A stretch of 63,350 nt of DNA, the filler included, from Octopus bimaculoides (taxonomy: Eukaryota), in NCBI RefSeq assembly GCF_001194135.2. It is 5 parts of 4 records of this genome, joined end to end, with 100 filler letters (N's around TTAATTAATTAA, not from the genome) between each part and the next. Parts side by side here need not be neighbours in the genome. Positions count along the whole stretch, not along the records: positions 20,149 to 35,280 come from NC_068984.1; positions 35,381 to 50,854 come from NC_068982.1; 3 more parts are not named here. One strand, written 5' to 3'. The translations under genes and the position numbers were made by a program. Of the stretch, positions 23,921 to 36,313 are shown in pieces. Within the stretch, counting starts at the first letter, position 1; each line of letters opens with the position of its first letter. Under the pieces are notes generated by a model. It was not told the origin of the DNA, ran no database searches, and was given only the letters and a program-made list of their open reading frames with translations.

Positions 23921-24339
23921 TGTGACATATCTTTTGTTATTTGCATTGCAACGATGAGGGATGTATTTCTGATAGAGACCAGCTGCTTCATTCTAGGAAG
24001 AATTACTAAAAATAGATGACAACTTACTTACATGCACTGACACGCACACACATTCACATTATGTGTATATGTATACACACACACACATAAATACACACTC
24101 ATACACATATACACACACATGCACATATGCATCTATGTATGTATGTATGTATGTATGTATGTACGTATGTATGTATGGTCTCAATGATTCTCTACTGTTT
24201 ATATGGTTATATCTGATAGAAACATGTCTCCCTTTGTGTTCATTGCCTCAATTGTAAGCAAAGAAAAAAATAACAAACATAACGTTAAAGACAACAATAA
24301 TGATCGCAATAGTAACATCAAAATATCAACATTAAAATC

Positions 24340-24381
24340 AACAATAATAATAACAACAACAACAACAACAACAACAACAGC

Positions 24382-24444
<63 letters not shown>

Positions 24445-24445
24445 T
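24340..24445. repeat. (AAC)n/(AAT)n microsatellite
   Basis: Direct reading. Confidence 0.95.
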
Positions 24446-25526
24446 TATTTAATTGCTATACAGACATCTAATAATATTAGATCATCGTAAAAACAACAAT
24501 GGAACGTAATACAATACAATATGAAATTGTCAAACAAATGATACTTGAGTAGATAGCAATACTTACCTACACCTACATATATATATNNNNNNNNNNNNNN
24601 NNNNNNNNNNNNNNNNNNNNNNNNNNNNNNNNNNNNNNNNNNNNNNNNNNNNNNNNNNNNNNNNNNNNNNNNNNNNNNNNNNNNNNNNNNNNNNNNNNNN
24701 NNNNNNNNNNNNNNNNNNNNNNNNNNNNNNNNNNNNNNNNNNNNNNNNNNNNNNNNNNNNNNNNNNNNNNNNNNNNNNNNNNNNNNNNNNNNNNNNNNNN
24801 NNNNNNNNNNNNNNNNNNNNNNNNNNNNNNNNNNNNNNNNNNNNNNNNNNNNNNNNNNNNNNNNNNNNNNNNNNNNNNNNNNNNNNNNNNNNNNNNNNNN
24901 NNNNNNNNNNNNNNNNNNNNNNNNNNNNNNNNNNNNNNNNNNNNNNNNNNNNNNNNNNNNNNNNNNNNNNNNNNNNNTATATATATGTTGCGTCTGTGCG
25001 TGTTTGTTTCGCACATCACAAAAATACTATATAGACTTGAAACATTTTAACATTAGACTTTTGTTTTGTACAGTAACAAACAAAACATTAAGCATAGATA
25101 TATATATGGATATATATGTATGTATAGTTGTTTTATGCACACACATACCACTCACAGACTCATATATATATATATCAAAATAAATAGCAACAGATGGATA
25201 GTGTGTCAATTTCCCAAAGCTGTTTCCGTCGAATTTCTAATTGATTGATGGAAGTACTACCAATGCGACATGATGTACTAAAACGGTTTAGAACCCAGAT
25301 ATATCATGGACCGTACATTTAGTTCAATGTGCGTTTCTTGATTAGCCTCAGGGCTATTGATATACTCAGTCGGGTACAGTTAATCGTATACATAACCTGA
25401 ATATCTTTCTGCCTCTACTTCGGTACCCGCATATGTATTCCTCTATTTTTGTTGTGTACACATTTTATTTTTCGACCCGACCCGGTGCATTACCATTAAA
25501 GTGCCTGATTCACTTGAATCCTGATC

Positions 25527-25565
<39 letters not shown>

Positions 25566-25865
25566 CTTCGGATTTTTTTAATATGCTAGACCACTGGTTN
25601 NNNNNNNNNNNNNNNNNNNNNNNNNNNNNNNNNNNNNNNNNNNNNNNNNNNNNNNNNNNNNNNNNNNNNNNNNNNNNNNNNNNNNNNNNNNNNNNNNNNN
25701 NNNNNNNNNNNNNNNNNNNNNNNNNNNNNNNNNNNNNNNNNNNNNNNNNNNNNNNNNNNNNNNNNNNNNNNNNNNNNNNNNNNNNNNNNNNNNNNNNNAT
25801 ATATATCTGTGTGTGTGTGCGTACATTAATGTATATGTATATATCTTCCCCAACGTCAAATGACC

Positions 25866-26605
25866 CGAAGGCTTCATGCTCTCAGGAATGACTCATTGTA
25901 AACAAGCACAGGTGGAGTCCCTACTCAACCTCACCAATGCCCTATTCATGGACCAAGTTGTACTCAGACCAACTAGGGCGAATAACATTTTGGATCCTTG
26001 CTTCGTGAACATTATGGACAGCGTTCATGATGTGAAAGTGACGCCGACATTAGTCTCGGATCACAACATAATAGAGCTGTCTATATTTGGGCCGAAAGTA
26101 GCCAGAGACATACAGCCTAAAGGAAGCACCCGAAATCTCTCCAGTCTGAACTTCCACAAAACAGATTAGAAATCGATCCAAAAAGAGATCCTCAAACAGG
26201 ACTGGCCAATATGTATCTCCACACCAGACACTGGCATGAAACTAGAATATTTCATATATGTTATGGAAGCAAATGCCAGAACTATGTCCCAGAGCACAAG
26301 GCCAGAACAAATAGGAACAAGATTCCAAGTGAGAAGAAGATCCTCATGAGACGATTGACGAAGTTTGCAAATCGACTCATCCAACAGCACAAAAGTAGCG
26401 AAAGGTCCCGCCCCAAAACAACACTGATGGAGATTGAAAAAAGCCTGCAACAATCCTATGTGAGGGAGAGAGCAGACAAAGAAGCCTGGGTTATGAAAAA
26501 CATTAAGTCAAACCCAAAGGCCTTCTTTCATTACGCGAAAGAAACAGCCTCAGTACGCTGCAAGCTAGGACCCCTCTTCTAAAAGGATGGTTCCCTCACA
26601 AATGC
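25866..26605 (+). mobile_element. CR1/L2-like LINE fragment (end of APE endonuclease + linker)
   Basis: QVVLRPTRANNILDPCF...VSDHNIIEL...NFHKTD; KAWVMKNIKSNPKAFFHYAK...KLGPLF..KDGSLT. Confidence 0.85.
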
Positions 26606-26754
26606 AAAGAGGTTAATTGGTTAATTTCTTTTTCTGAAAATCCAAGCTCATTCAGACTGATAGTTGGGCATTTACTTACAAAACCAAGTGCTCAAATTAC
26701 TATTGATTGGTTTGTTGGTTAGTTGGTTGGTTGGTTGGCTGGTTGATTGGTTAT

Positions 26755-26845
26755 TTGGTAGGTAAGTAGGTAGGTAGGCAGGCAAGTAGGTAGGTAGGTA
26801 GGTAGGTAGGTAGGTAGGTAGGTAGGTAGGTAGGTAGGTAGGTAT
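26755..26845. repeat. (TAGG)n microsatellite
   Basis: Direct reading. Confidence 0.95.
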
Positions 26846-27334
26846 TCCTGTTCCGTTGGTTCAGCTATTGAGTGAATGACTATTCTTCACTGAAAAGGTC
26901 CCAAAACACTGAAACATGCCCGTATTCGCCAGTAATTCTATTAAAGATTAGACTACATTTCTCACTGCAATAATTATTTCCGATTCTGAAATTATGACTG
27001 ACTGGATCTTTATCATATCAGCTTATTCCTTCTTCGATTTTGTTTTTCTGTTTCATTTTCAGTTGTCACCCTTACTTTTGTTTGGTTTAGTGTCGAATTG
27101 TTCTATAACACTTATATTCTATTCTGTAAGAATGTAGATGCAATCAGTTATCTTGCTCTCTACATGAGATATGTTGGCACTTACTGCAATGCATACATGC
27201 ATGCAATCACGTATATATAAGTAACTGTCGGAGTAAGCAAATTTAGGCAGATCAAGCCTTGCTTATTCTTACATTTACTTCTATACCCGCTCATGCGGAG
27301 AATATCTTATTTGCATCTATGAACTATATATATC

Positions 27335-27700
27335 TTTTACTTGTTGCAGTCATTAAACTGCGGCCATGCTAGGGCACCACCTTGAAGGGTTTTAGTCGAA
27401 CAAATCGACCCCAGGACTATTTTCTTAAAGCTTAGTACTTGTTCTATTGCTCATTTCTGCCGAACCGCTAAGTTGCGGGGACGTGAACACATCAGCACCA
27501 GTTCGCAGGCCCCGATGGACACACACACACACAATTACGAGCTTCTTTCAGTTTCCGTTTACCAAATCCACTCACCGGCTTTTGTCGACCCGAGGCTATA
27601 ACAGAAGTAACTTGCCCACGGTACCACGCAGTGAGACTGAACCTAGAACCATGTGGTTGGGAAGCAAGCTTCTTAACACACAGCCTTGCCTGTGCCTATA
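27335..27700 (-). mobile_element. SINE family A, near full length
   Basis: Reverse complement of the family A head, CORE-like segment, (TG)n, body and gactgcaacaagtaaaaga tail. Confidence 0.82.
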
Positions 27701-29037
27701 TATGTATACTTAAACATATATGTATACTTACATATAGTTTTGTGGATGTACGATTCTCCTTTTGTTAAGGTTACAAAATAATGTAAAGAGCATTCCTAAC
27801 GCGGTGTTGATTTATAAAACTATTCAATATACTTTATAGTGTATAATGGTTACATAACGAAATACCACGTGCCTACAAGTCATTGATATACAATTCTCCA
27901 TCTTTATTTTAGCGTCTTAAATATACACGCTGTATACCGAATAAAAGCCAAAGAAGAGAATTCAGGATTCACCCATCGGGGGAAATAATGTGTAATTGTT
28001 TACTACAAAAAATTTCCCGTTGTTCCATATCACTCAATATTATTAGCCAGAGCCTGAATCATACTAGTGTTCTTGTAAGATACCTACCCAGAATTCATAT
28101 CCCAATCCCTTTACACTATACATGCGTATATATATATATATATATATACATGTGTGTGTGTGTATGTGTGTATGTGTGTATGTATATATAAATGATTCTA
28201 TGTAGGAATAAAATCAATTTTACATGTGTGTGTGTGTGTATGTGTGCGCGTGTACGTATATATGTACGAATCTATATAACTTTCGTGTACAGGCAATTGA
28301 CACTGCGGGGCAATCCCATCGTCGGCTATAGAACGGAAAACACACTGAATTTTGGCATTTTGCCCCCAATGTAGTTCTTTCCAGCAGTTCTAAGCAGAGT
28401 TAATGCTACTAAGGAATGTTCAATTTCCTTTGGCATGCATACAAGTTCGATTTTCTTGTTCTTTTCTGTTGTATACGCAGTGAGCTTTGATATTTCTTTT
28501 CCTTTTCTTTTTGCATACAACTGCATCACAATGATTACAGTAGTATATTTTTTATTTTATTTTTTCTTTCCTCTGCACTTCAGTTATCGTAATACATCGT
28601 GAATCTAGTCACTATCTCATAAGAACAACTTGAAAAGCCATTCTCATACTGCATATGATTCACTAAGTCCTTCATAGATTAGACACTTCCTTTCATGGGA
28701 CAAACTATTTAACAATCACAACTTATTTATTATGTCAAGTCAAGCCTTGCTTGTTATGATACTTGGGAATAACTTCATAATTGCAATATGGCTAGGGAGC
28801 ATGAAGCCTCTCTCCAACTTCTTCCACGCCTTTTACTCATTATCACTATCCAGACATTGATATCTTAACTTACTTTTATTTATGCTTCTACGTTGTCTTT
28901 CTTTGCACTCCATGTGAAAAAGAACCGGTGAATGTCTTTGCATCAATAACGACGAATTACTGCTTCGTTCGCTTACATGACTGAACAGCTCTTAGTAAAT
29001 CTATCTTGAATAGTGAGCAAGAGGTGACATGAATATT

Positions 29038-29260
29038 GATTTCAAATTTTGGTACAAGACCAGCAATTTCGGGGCGGCAGGTAGGGAGAGTCAGTCGATT
29101 ACATCGACCTCAGTACTCAACTGGTACTTATCTTATTGACTTCGAAAGGATGAACAGCAAATTCTGCCTCGGCGGAATTTGAATTCAGAACGCGAAGACA
29201 GACGAAATGCCGCTGAGCATATCGCCCGGCGTGCTAGCGATTCTGCCAGCACACCGCCTT
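29038..29260 (-). mobile_element. SINE family C
   Basis: ttttggtacaagaccagcaatttc...aaggatgaacagcaaattctgcctcggcggaatttgaattcagaacg...ttctgccagcacaccgcc. Confidence 0.8.
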
Positions 29261-29887
29261 TAGGGTAACATGAATATTGTCCAAGTATTCTCTAGTGGAG
29301 CTTAGCATCCACATTTATAACTTTCAATGGTGCCATTTCATCATAACCATTTACACTTGGCAAACTGTGAAACTGCATTCTTGACAAATATTTTCAGTGA
29401 TAAGCTCCTTAGCTTTGCTCCCCTTTATACATTGGTTCCCTTATTCCACTGGTTTGTTAATGATCTTCTTTTACATAGCGATTCTCTCTGCTCAGAATAT
29501 TTCAATTAACCTTTCTCGTCTGCCGTGATATTCAGCCAATTCACTTCCGATCACGTGTTTCATTTCTGATTAGCTGTCGCCATGTCAACCACGTTTCTCA
29601 AGCCTTATTTCCCACCAGTCACTACTTGTAGTTGGATCGGACGATACAAAAATTGGGAGGGGAATGAATCAGTAGTAGCTGGTCGCTATAAGTTTCCGCT
29701 GTTTTGAACTCTTAGCAATGTGAATGGGACCTTAGTTTTCAGAAGTACTATACACCTAATTCACCCGAAGCAGATACTTTGTGAAAAAAACGAACAAAAG
29801 AATTACTAATATAGGCTTCACGAGTTTTGCATTCTTTTCCCCGCCCTTCCTTTCCTCTCATTTTTATGCAGCATGAATTATTTAGCA

Positions 29888-29944
<57 letters not shown>

Positions 29945-29945
29945 A

Positions 29946-31175
29946 CAAGGTGTGTAAGATATTTGAAGATAGATTTATGTTTATAAAAAAAAAAGATATA
30001 TAACAACACATAATAACGTTATTTATCAAAAAATGCTATGAGGATAAAAATAGACCTTTTCTATAATGTTATTCAATAAAGCCACCTTCAGCTTCAACAA
30101 CTGCTTCTATATGAGATCTAAATCATCTACATACGCGAATCAAGTGGTCCTAGTTTACTTTGAACATTACTCTGACTATGGCAGTTTTCAAAGAATCTTT
30201 GGTGTTATGGGCGTGTTAATTGACCTCTCTCTCAACAACGCTCCAATGGATTGAGATCTGCGGAATTAAGAGGCCAAATTTTAGGGGTTATGTGATCATA
30301 AAATTTTAAGCCACATTCCTGTGTTACTAGAGCCATGTGTGATAGTGCAGAGTCTTACTGAGACACATATAGCCAGCCATTGCATAAACTGTCTATCCAG
30401 GGCTTAACAATTATTTCCAGGACCTCAATGTAGGCGGCAGCGTTAACTTTAAGGCCTTGCGGAAAGAAGTAATGAGGCATCACATGACCGTCATTGCTGA
30501 CAACCCCTAAAACCATGACATTTACAGGAAATCTTTTATGCATAACACTTGGAACTTCAGAATGGTCTGCACATAGCCATCTATCATTTCTTCTGTTAAC
30601 TTTTTGAACATGGTCGAAGTTTTTCTCGTTTGAGAAAAATCAAATCAAATCTTCTGCTGAATTTTTCAGTTTAAGAGCCTTTTAGATCTGATGCAGTGAT
30701 TTTTTTGTTTTTCTGACAAATTGACCTTTCCTCAACAATAAGACATATCTGATGTCTTCATGGGCAACATTTCTCACTGTTCCTTCTGACATATGGAGAT
30801 CTTTTTCAATTGACCTCATAGACTTTCTGGGATTATAATCAGTGGTGTGTTGAACTTGCTGGATATATTCAGGTGTTCCGCTGATTTCAGAACGTTTAGA
30901 ATGCTTTTCATGCTTTGATACTGGTGATACGTTTCCATCTTTAGTCTCTACCCACTTACAAACTTTGTAGACGAAAAATATGGCAACTTTTAAAAGTCGA
31001 GATATTTCTAAATCGCTATGCTCAGCTTTTATAACCCCAATAACAGCATGTCTCTTCATTTCTTGAGTAACTGAGAGTCTGCCATTTTTATTTTCTGAAA
31101 CAAAGATTATACAGAGTTAGCAAAAAATGCAGCAATGACCCCAAAAACGTGTCCTCAAATACCTTAACTACCCTA
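29946..31175 (-). mobile_element. Tc1/mariner superfamily transposon, maT(DD37D)-like, decayed
   Basis: NPRKSMRSIEKDLHMSEGTVRNV, FSNEKNF, VMVLGVVSNDGHVMPHYFFPQGLKVNAAAYIEVLE and WPLNSADLNPLE; TIRs caaggtgtgtaagatatttga / tcaaataccttaactacccta. Confidence 0.85.
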
Positions 31176-31498
31176 TATATATNNNNNNNNNNNNNNNNNN
31201 NNNNNNNNNNNNNNNNNNNNNNNNNNNNNNNNNNNNNNNNNNNNNNNNNNNNNNNNNNNNNNNNNNNNNNNNNNNNNNNNNNNNNNNNNNNNNNNNNNNN
31301 NNNNNNNNNNNNNNNNNNNNNNNNNNNNNNNNNNNNNNNNNNNNNNNNNNNNNNNNNNNNNNNNNNNNNNNNNNNNNNNNNNNNNNNNNNNNNNNNNNNN
31401 NNNNNNNNNNNNNNNNNNNNNNNNNNNNNNNNNNNNNNNNNNNNNNNNNNNNNNNNNNNNNNNNNNNNNNNNNNNNNNNNNNNNNNNNNNNNNNNNNN

Positions 31499-32780
31499 CA
31501 ATACTGGGTCCTTATGTGAGATGGAGAAGACGGTATCTATGGTATTATGCAGTGCCGTCCTGTTCGGTGGTTGGTATAGCTTTTAATTCCAAAGCTGGAA
31601 GCTAGACCTTCCAGGATCTTCCAAATGTATATCACTGCATGCCTTTCTCGCCTTCTCGCCTTCTCGCCTTCTCGCCTTCTCGCCTTCTCGCCTTCTCGCC
31701 TTCTCGCCAGGAAGTAGAAGTTCAGTTCTTGTAGCCCTTCCCAGTAACTTATCTGTTTCTTTGTGTATTAGCGTTGGATTGCTTCAGGTTCTGCCACCAA
31801 TTTGACGCTCTATGGCAACCACAGTTCGGAGCAGTAATCCAGACAACTGAGGACAAGGTATCCTTATTTCTGGTTCTGAATGATCTAAGGATCAAACCAG
31901 CTACTCGTCTGCACAGTGTTGCCATCCTAGCAATATGCACATGAAATGTTGCATCACTACTCATGTGAATTCCCAGGTCAAGCACCGATTGTAACTCTGA
32001 GATTGCACTGCACCCTGGTCCTATGTATTCAGATTGTAATCTGTTTGTGGGTCGATATCAGAGTGCTTGAAACTTAGCATTGAACTTCATGTTATTTTCA
32101 TCCGCTCATTTATGTATTGCATGCAGTTCATTTTGTAGTTTTACTATGTCATCAAGATCCTCCACTGCTTGGGATAATTCTGTATCATCAACGTAGCTGG
32201 TGAGAGTGGCTGGCTGTACGACTGATGGCATGCCTGAGAGAGTCACTACAAACAGTAGTGGCCCCAGTACAGTTCCCTGAGGAACACCGTTGCGGATTGA
32301 TGTCTCCCCAGATACAGCACTATTGGCTGCAATTGTCTGACTTCTGTCCTTTAAAATGTCGCACAACGACTCTCCTAGTTTTCCAGTGATACCAAAGTCG
32401 CGTAGTTTGTAACATATCATCAAAGTTTTTGGCAAAGTCGATTCACATTTGTGTGGCTGAGCTGCTGTTTCAGTACCCAATCGTAATCTTATAGTAACTG
32501 TGTGAGGCAGCTCTTTCCTAGGCTGAAACCATGTTGTGTGTTTGTGAGCAAGTTATTCTTTTCTAGGAACGTGATCACTCTCCTTCAGACAATGCGTTCC
32601 ATGACCTTGCTAACATGTGAAGTTAGAGATAGGCTTGTGATTTTTAGCATCTGCTCTGCTTTCTCCTTTATGAATAGAGCATATGATATCTTCATTTAAC
32701 TGTTTGGGAAGTTTTCCACATGCAAGGAAACTTTGAAAAAATACCTGCAGTGGTTTTGCAAGAGCTTTCTTGTTTGCAGT
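31499..32780 (-). mobile_element. CR1-like LINE reverse-transcriptase fragment
   Basis: KALAKPLQVFF...CSIHKGESRADAKNHKPIS, GVPQGTVLGPLLF, YVDDT, AVIYIWKILEGL and HRTGRHCIIP. Confidence 0.9.
31643..31708. repeat. 8-bp tandem (CCTTCTCG)n inside the LINE ORF
   Basis: About 8 consecutive units. Confidence 0.9.
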
Positions 32781-33689
32781 GTCCTGTACCCAGATATGCA
32801 CCTATATATATAGGTAGACGTAGGTATGCACATACCTGTACGTATATGTGCATATACTCATTTATTACTTGTTTCACATGATTGAACGCCTGCGTCATTC
32901 CCTGTAAGCAATTTTGAACTTTATATTTTCTGACTCGACTCAATCTATCTCTATCTCTATAACTTTTCCCCCTCTCGTTCTTCCTTCTGTTACTACTACG
33001 TATCTCTCTCTTTACCCCTCTCGTTCTTCTTTCTGTTACTACTATATCTCTCTATTTCCCCCTCTCGTTCTTCCTTCTGTTACTACTATATTTCTCTCTT
33101 CCTCTCTTTCTCTCGTTGCTCACCTATTTTCTACTTCCTTCCCGTTTCTCCCTCTACCACTCTCTCTTCCTTACCCATCGTGGTCACATGTGTCCACGAA
33201 CTAATTCTTTTCTTCCTTGGCTATCGTCAAGAAAACACGCCAACTACTTCGTCCCGCTTCCAGTTCGTTGATTCACAGCGTTCCACATACACAATTTTTC
33301 AATTCTGGCCGTATAGCCTCTTCCGTCTGTTTTCCTGTCTTGTTTTCTTTTCCGTTTGTTTTCCTGTCTTGTTTTCTGTCCACCACTACATTCCTCCACG
33401 GTACAGTTTAATTTGTGCATACAAATTTAATTTGTGATCCATGGGAAGAGCCATTTTAACGATGCGTCCTGCCCTACTCTTCGAAACGCCTGTGTTAGAG
33501 TGGGGTAGCTGATGAAGGAAAAATGTTCTCTATGTGGCCTGTGTGTGTTCTGTACTCTGGTTATTATTATTTTTTGTCTACGTTTTGTTTGCAATGTCCT
33601 GTACCCAGATATGCACCTATATATACAGGTAGACGTAGGTATGCACATACCTGTACGTATATATGCATATACTCATTTATTATTTGTTT
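32770..33689 (+). mobile_element. About 920-bp unit bounded by 105-bp direct repeats, with a permuted HHR-like motif (PLE/retrozyme-like)
   Basis: 32770-32874 is nearly identical to 33585-33689. Internal 3x ~45-bp minisatellite at about 32965-33090; GAAAC at 33483 and CUGAUGA at 33509. Confidence 0.5.
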
Positions 33690-34180
33690 TATATATATAT
33701 ATATATATATATTGATGNNNNNNNNNNNNNNNNNNNNNNNNNNNNNNNNNNNNNNNNNNNNNNNNNNNNNNNNNNNNNNNNNNNNNNNNNNNNNNNNNNN
33801 NNNNNNNNNNNNNNNNNNNNNNNNNNNNNNNNNNNNNNNNNNNNNNNNNNNNNNNNNNNNNNNNNNNNNNNNNNNNNNNNNNNNNNNNNNNNNNNNNNNN
33901 NNNNNNNNNNNNNNNNNNNNNNNNNNNNNNNNNNNNNNNNNNNNNNNNNNNNNNNNNNNNNNNNNNNNNNNTTATATACATGTATACATACATATATAAT
34001 TATATACATATATAATTATACACATATATAATTATATACATATATATACGCATACATATATATATATGTGCACATACATGCATATATATATATGCGTATC
34101 TACACATGCACATACACAAAACACACACACATACACATATATAAATATATCTGTAATGCATATATTACGTAAATATGTAC

Positions 34181-34211
<31 letters not shown>

Positions 34212-34273
34212 TGTATGTATGTATGTATGTACGTATTTATGTATGTATGTATGTCTTTTATATATGTACGTAT

Positions 34274-34607
34274 GGATTTAGGTCTTTTAGTCTTAAACAC
34301 TTCGGTCTAATGTGCTATAGTCTAAAGAACTTCGGTCTAAAGTGACTTTTGTATAAATACACTATAGTCTAAAGACATTTTGTCTGGATACCCTTTCGTA
34401 GAAAGACATTTTTGTCTAAACTCACTTCGGTCTAATAACTATTTTGTCTATAGAATCTTTAAAAAATGTAAAAGATCTAAATAACTATACTCTAATAACC
34501 CTTTTTGATTTTAGACGAAAATGCTCAGACGAAACTGCTTTTAGACCAAAGTGTCTTAGACAAAAGTGGTTTGGACCAAAGTGTTTTAGATCAAAGTGCT
34601 GTATCGC
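34274..34607. mobile_element. Foldback element with tandem sub-repeats in its arms (MULE/FB-like)
   Basis: Left arm units cacttcggtctaa, right arm units ttagaccaaagtg. TSD gtacgtat at 34266-34273 and 34608-34615. Confidence 0.75.
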
Positions 34608-34983
34608 GTACGTATATATTCCTTTTTTCCCTTTCTCTCTCCTTACCTCTGTGCTTACACAAAATATATAACATATTGGGAGTTTGCATGTCAAACATGA
34701 AGTAATATGTGAATGGCGATTTGTCAAAACAGGTGAAGATTTAAATAAAAGATGAGAACTTCTAGCGTATAAACCGGTATATACCAAATATGTATGATCG
34801 TTGCTGTTCTGTTAAACTGTCATATCCCCAAATTTGGGCAAATGCGTGTTTTGTTTTTCAATATTTATTTTTGCTTGCGACAGCTGGTTCTTTTGGTCGA
34901 ACTCTCGTGTCTCCAGCAGTCATTTTGGCATAATAGCAACGAAAGTATTTCTGTGTCTACATTCACAACCACCCCAATACACT

Positions 34984-35046
<63 letters not shown>

Positions 35047-35454
35047 CTTCTCACGGACGTGCTGTTACATCGGCTGCGAAGGTAAACGTTTATTTGACCT
35101 TTTATTGTCCACATTTTGTTGGAATTTTTTAATAATTTTGTTGCGAAGCACCTAGGCTTCATTTGTGTGTATTTTCTCCGCACAGATGACTTGGTGATGA
35201 TACCGAGTTATCTAGGACAGAGAGTGACCAAAGTTATAATAAAAAATGTGCCATCGGAGGTGGACACCCAATGGCTGATANNNNNNNNNNNNNNNNNNNN
35301 NNNNNNNNNNNNNNNNNNNNNNNNTTAATTAATTAANNNNNNNNNNNNNNNNNNNNNNNNNNNNNNNNNNNNNNNNNNNNAATCCTCCTCGTACTGATTT
35401 CAACTTAGATCGCGGAGAATTTCAAAAAATCCTACAATGGCGACTAACAACATG

Positions 35455-36313
35455 CATATACGTTTCCCGACTGTTGCCATACTAACAAAGCTAAACTACG
35501 CAAACTAATGCCGCGCGGCATAGTTAAACCTTGAACGCTGCTGTGCATGTTTTAACGTCCTAGTTAACTTTCGTTGCTTACAGTAGAGCTTGGAAGGAAG
35601 GTGTGTAGCGTGTGACTATCGCATTGAGCATGACAGAAAAAGCTGAGCAGAGAATCGTCATCAAATTTTGCAAAAGGCTTGGCGATACCTGCTCAGAGAC
35701 TTACGCAAAGTTTTCAAAAGTATTCATCGTTCTGGACACATCAAGATCTTCTGGAACTGAAACCCGAGTGTCTTTTGGGGAAACAAAAAGCAGTTTTGAT
35801 ACAGTATTGGCATACACACGTCTCATACTGAAATCTTCAGTGATAATGGATTGAACTTGACAGTAACTAATCTGCACATCCTCTGATAACTCACGAATAT
35901 TGATTCGACGATTTCCCCTCAGAGCTGCACACACATCTGCGATGTTTTTCTCAGTTCAGCTGGTTGCGGGCCTCCCGGGATGTTCGTCAATATCGACATT
36001 TTTTCGGTCATCGTGGAAACGTCTGAGCAGCTCATACACTTCACTCGATACACTTTCCGCAACTTTGCGTATGCCTTCAAGCAGGTATCGCCATGACAAC
36101 GTCCTCTGCCTTGGTCAATACGACGATCGCACGATGCACACCTTCATTCGAAGCACTGCTGCAAAATAGCGGAAGTGTGCTAGAACGTTAAACCTCAGTG
36201 CGCATGAACAGCAGATGTCGTCAAGGTCAATCTTTGCCAAATCAATCTTTACTCTGCTTGGTTTAGCATTTTAACTACGGCAACAATCCGGATACTTATT
36301 GAGGAGACTTCGT
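35455..36313. mobile_element. Two convergent mariner 5' halves (same family as 7257-7993)
   Basis: Plus strand 35455-35720: degenerate TIR + MTEKAEQRIVIKFCKRLGDTCSETYAKF. Minus strand 36313-35725: TIR + NRRINIRELSEDVQISYCQVQSIITEDFSMRRV. Confidence 0.78.

Noticed and set aside
25866-32780. The two CR1-like fragments as one element
   Set aside because: They are on opposite strands, 5 kb apart, with no shared TSD visible; kept as separate insertions.
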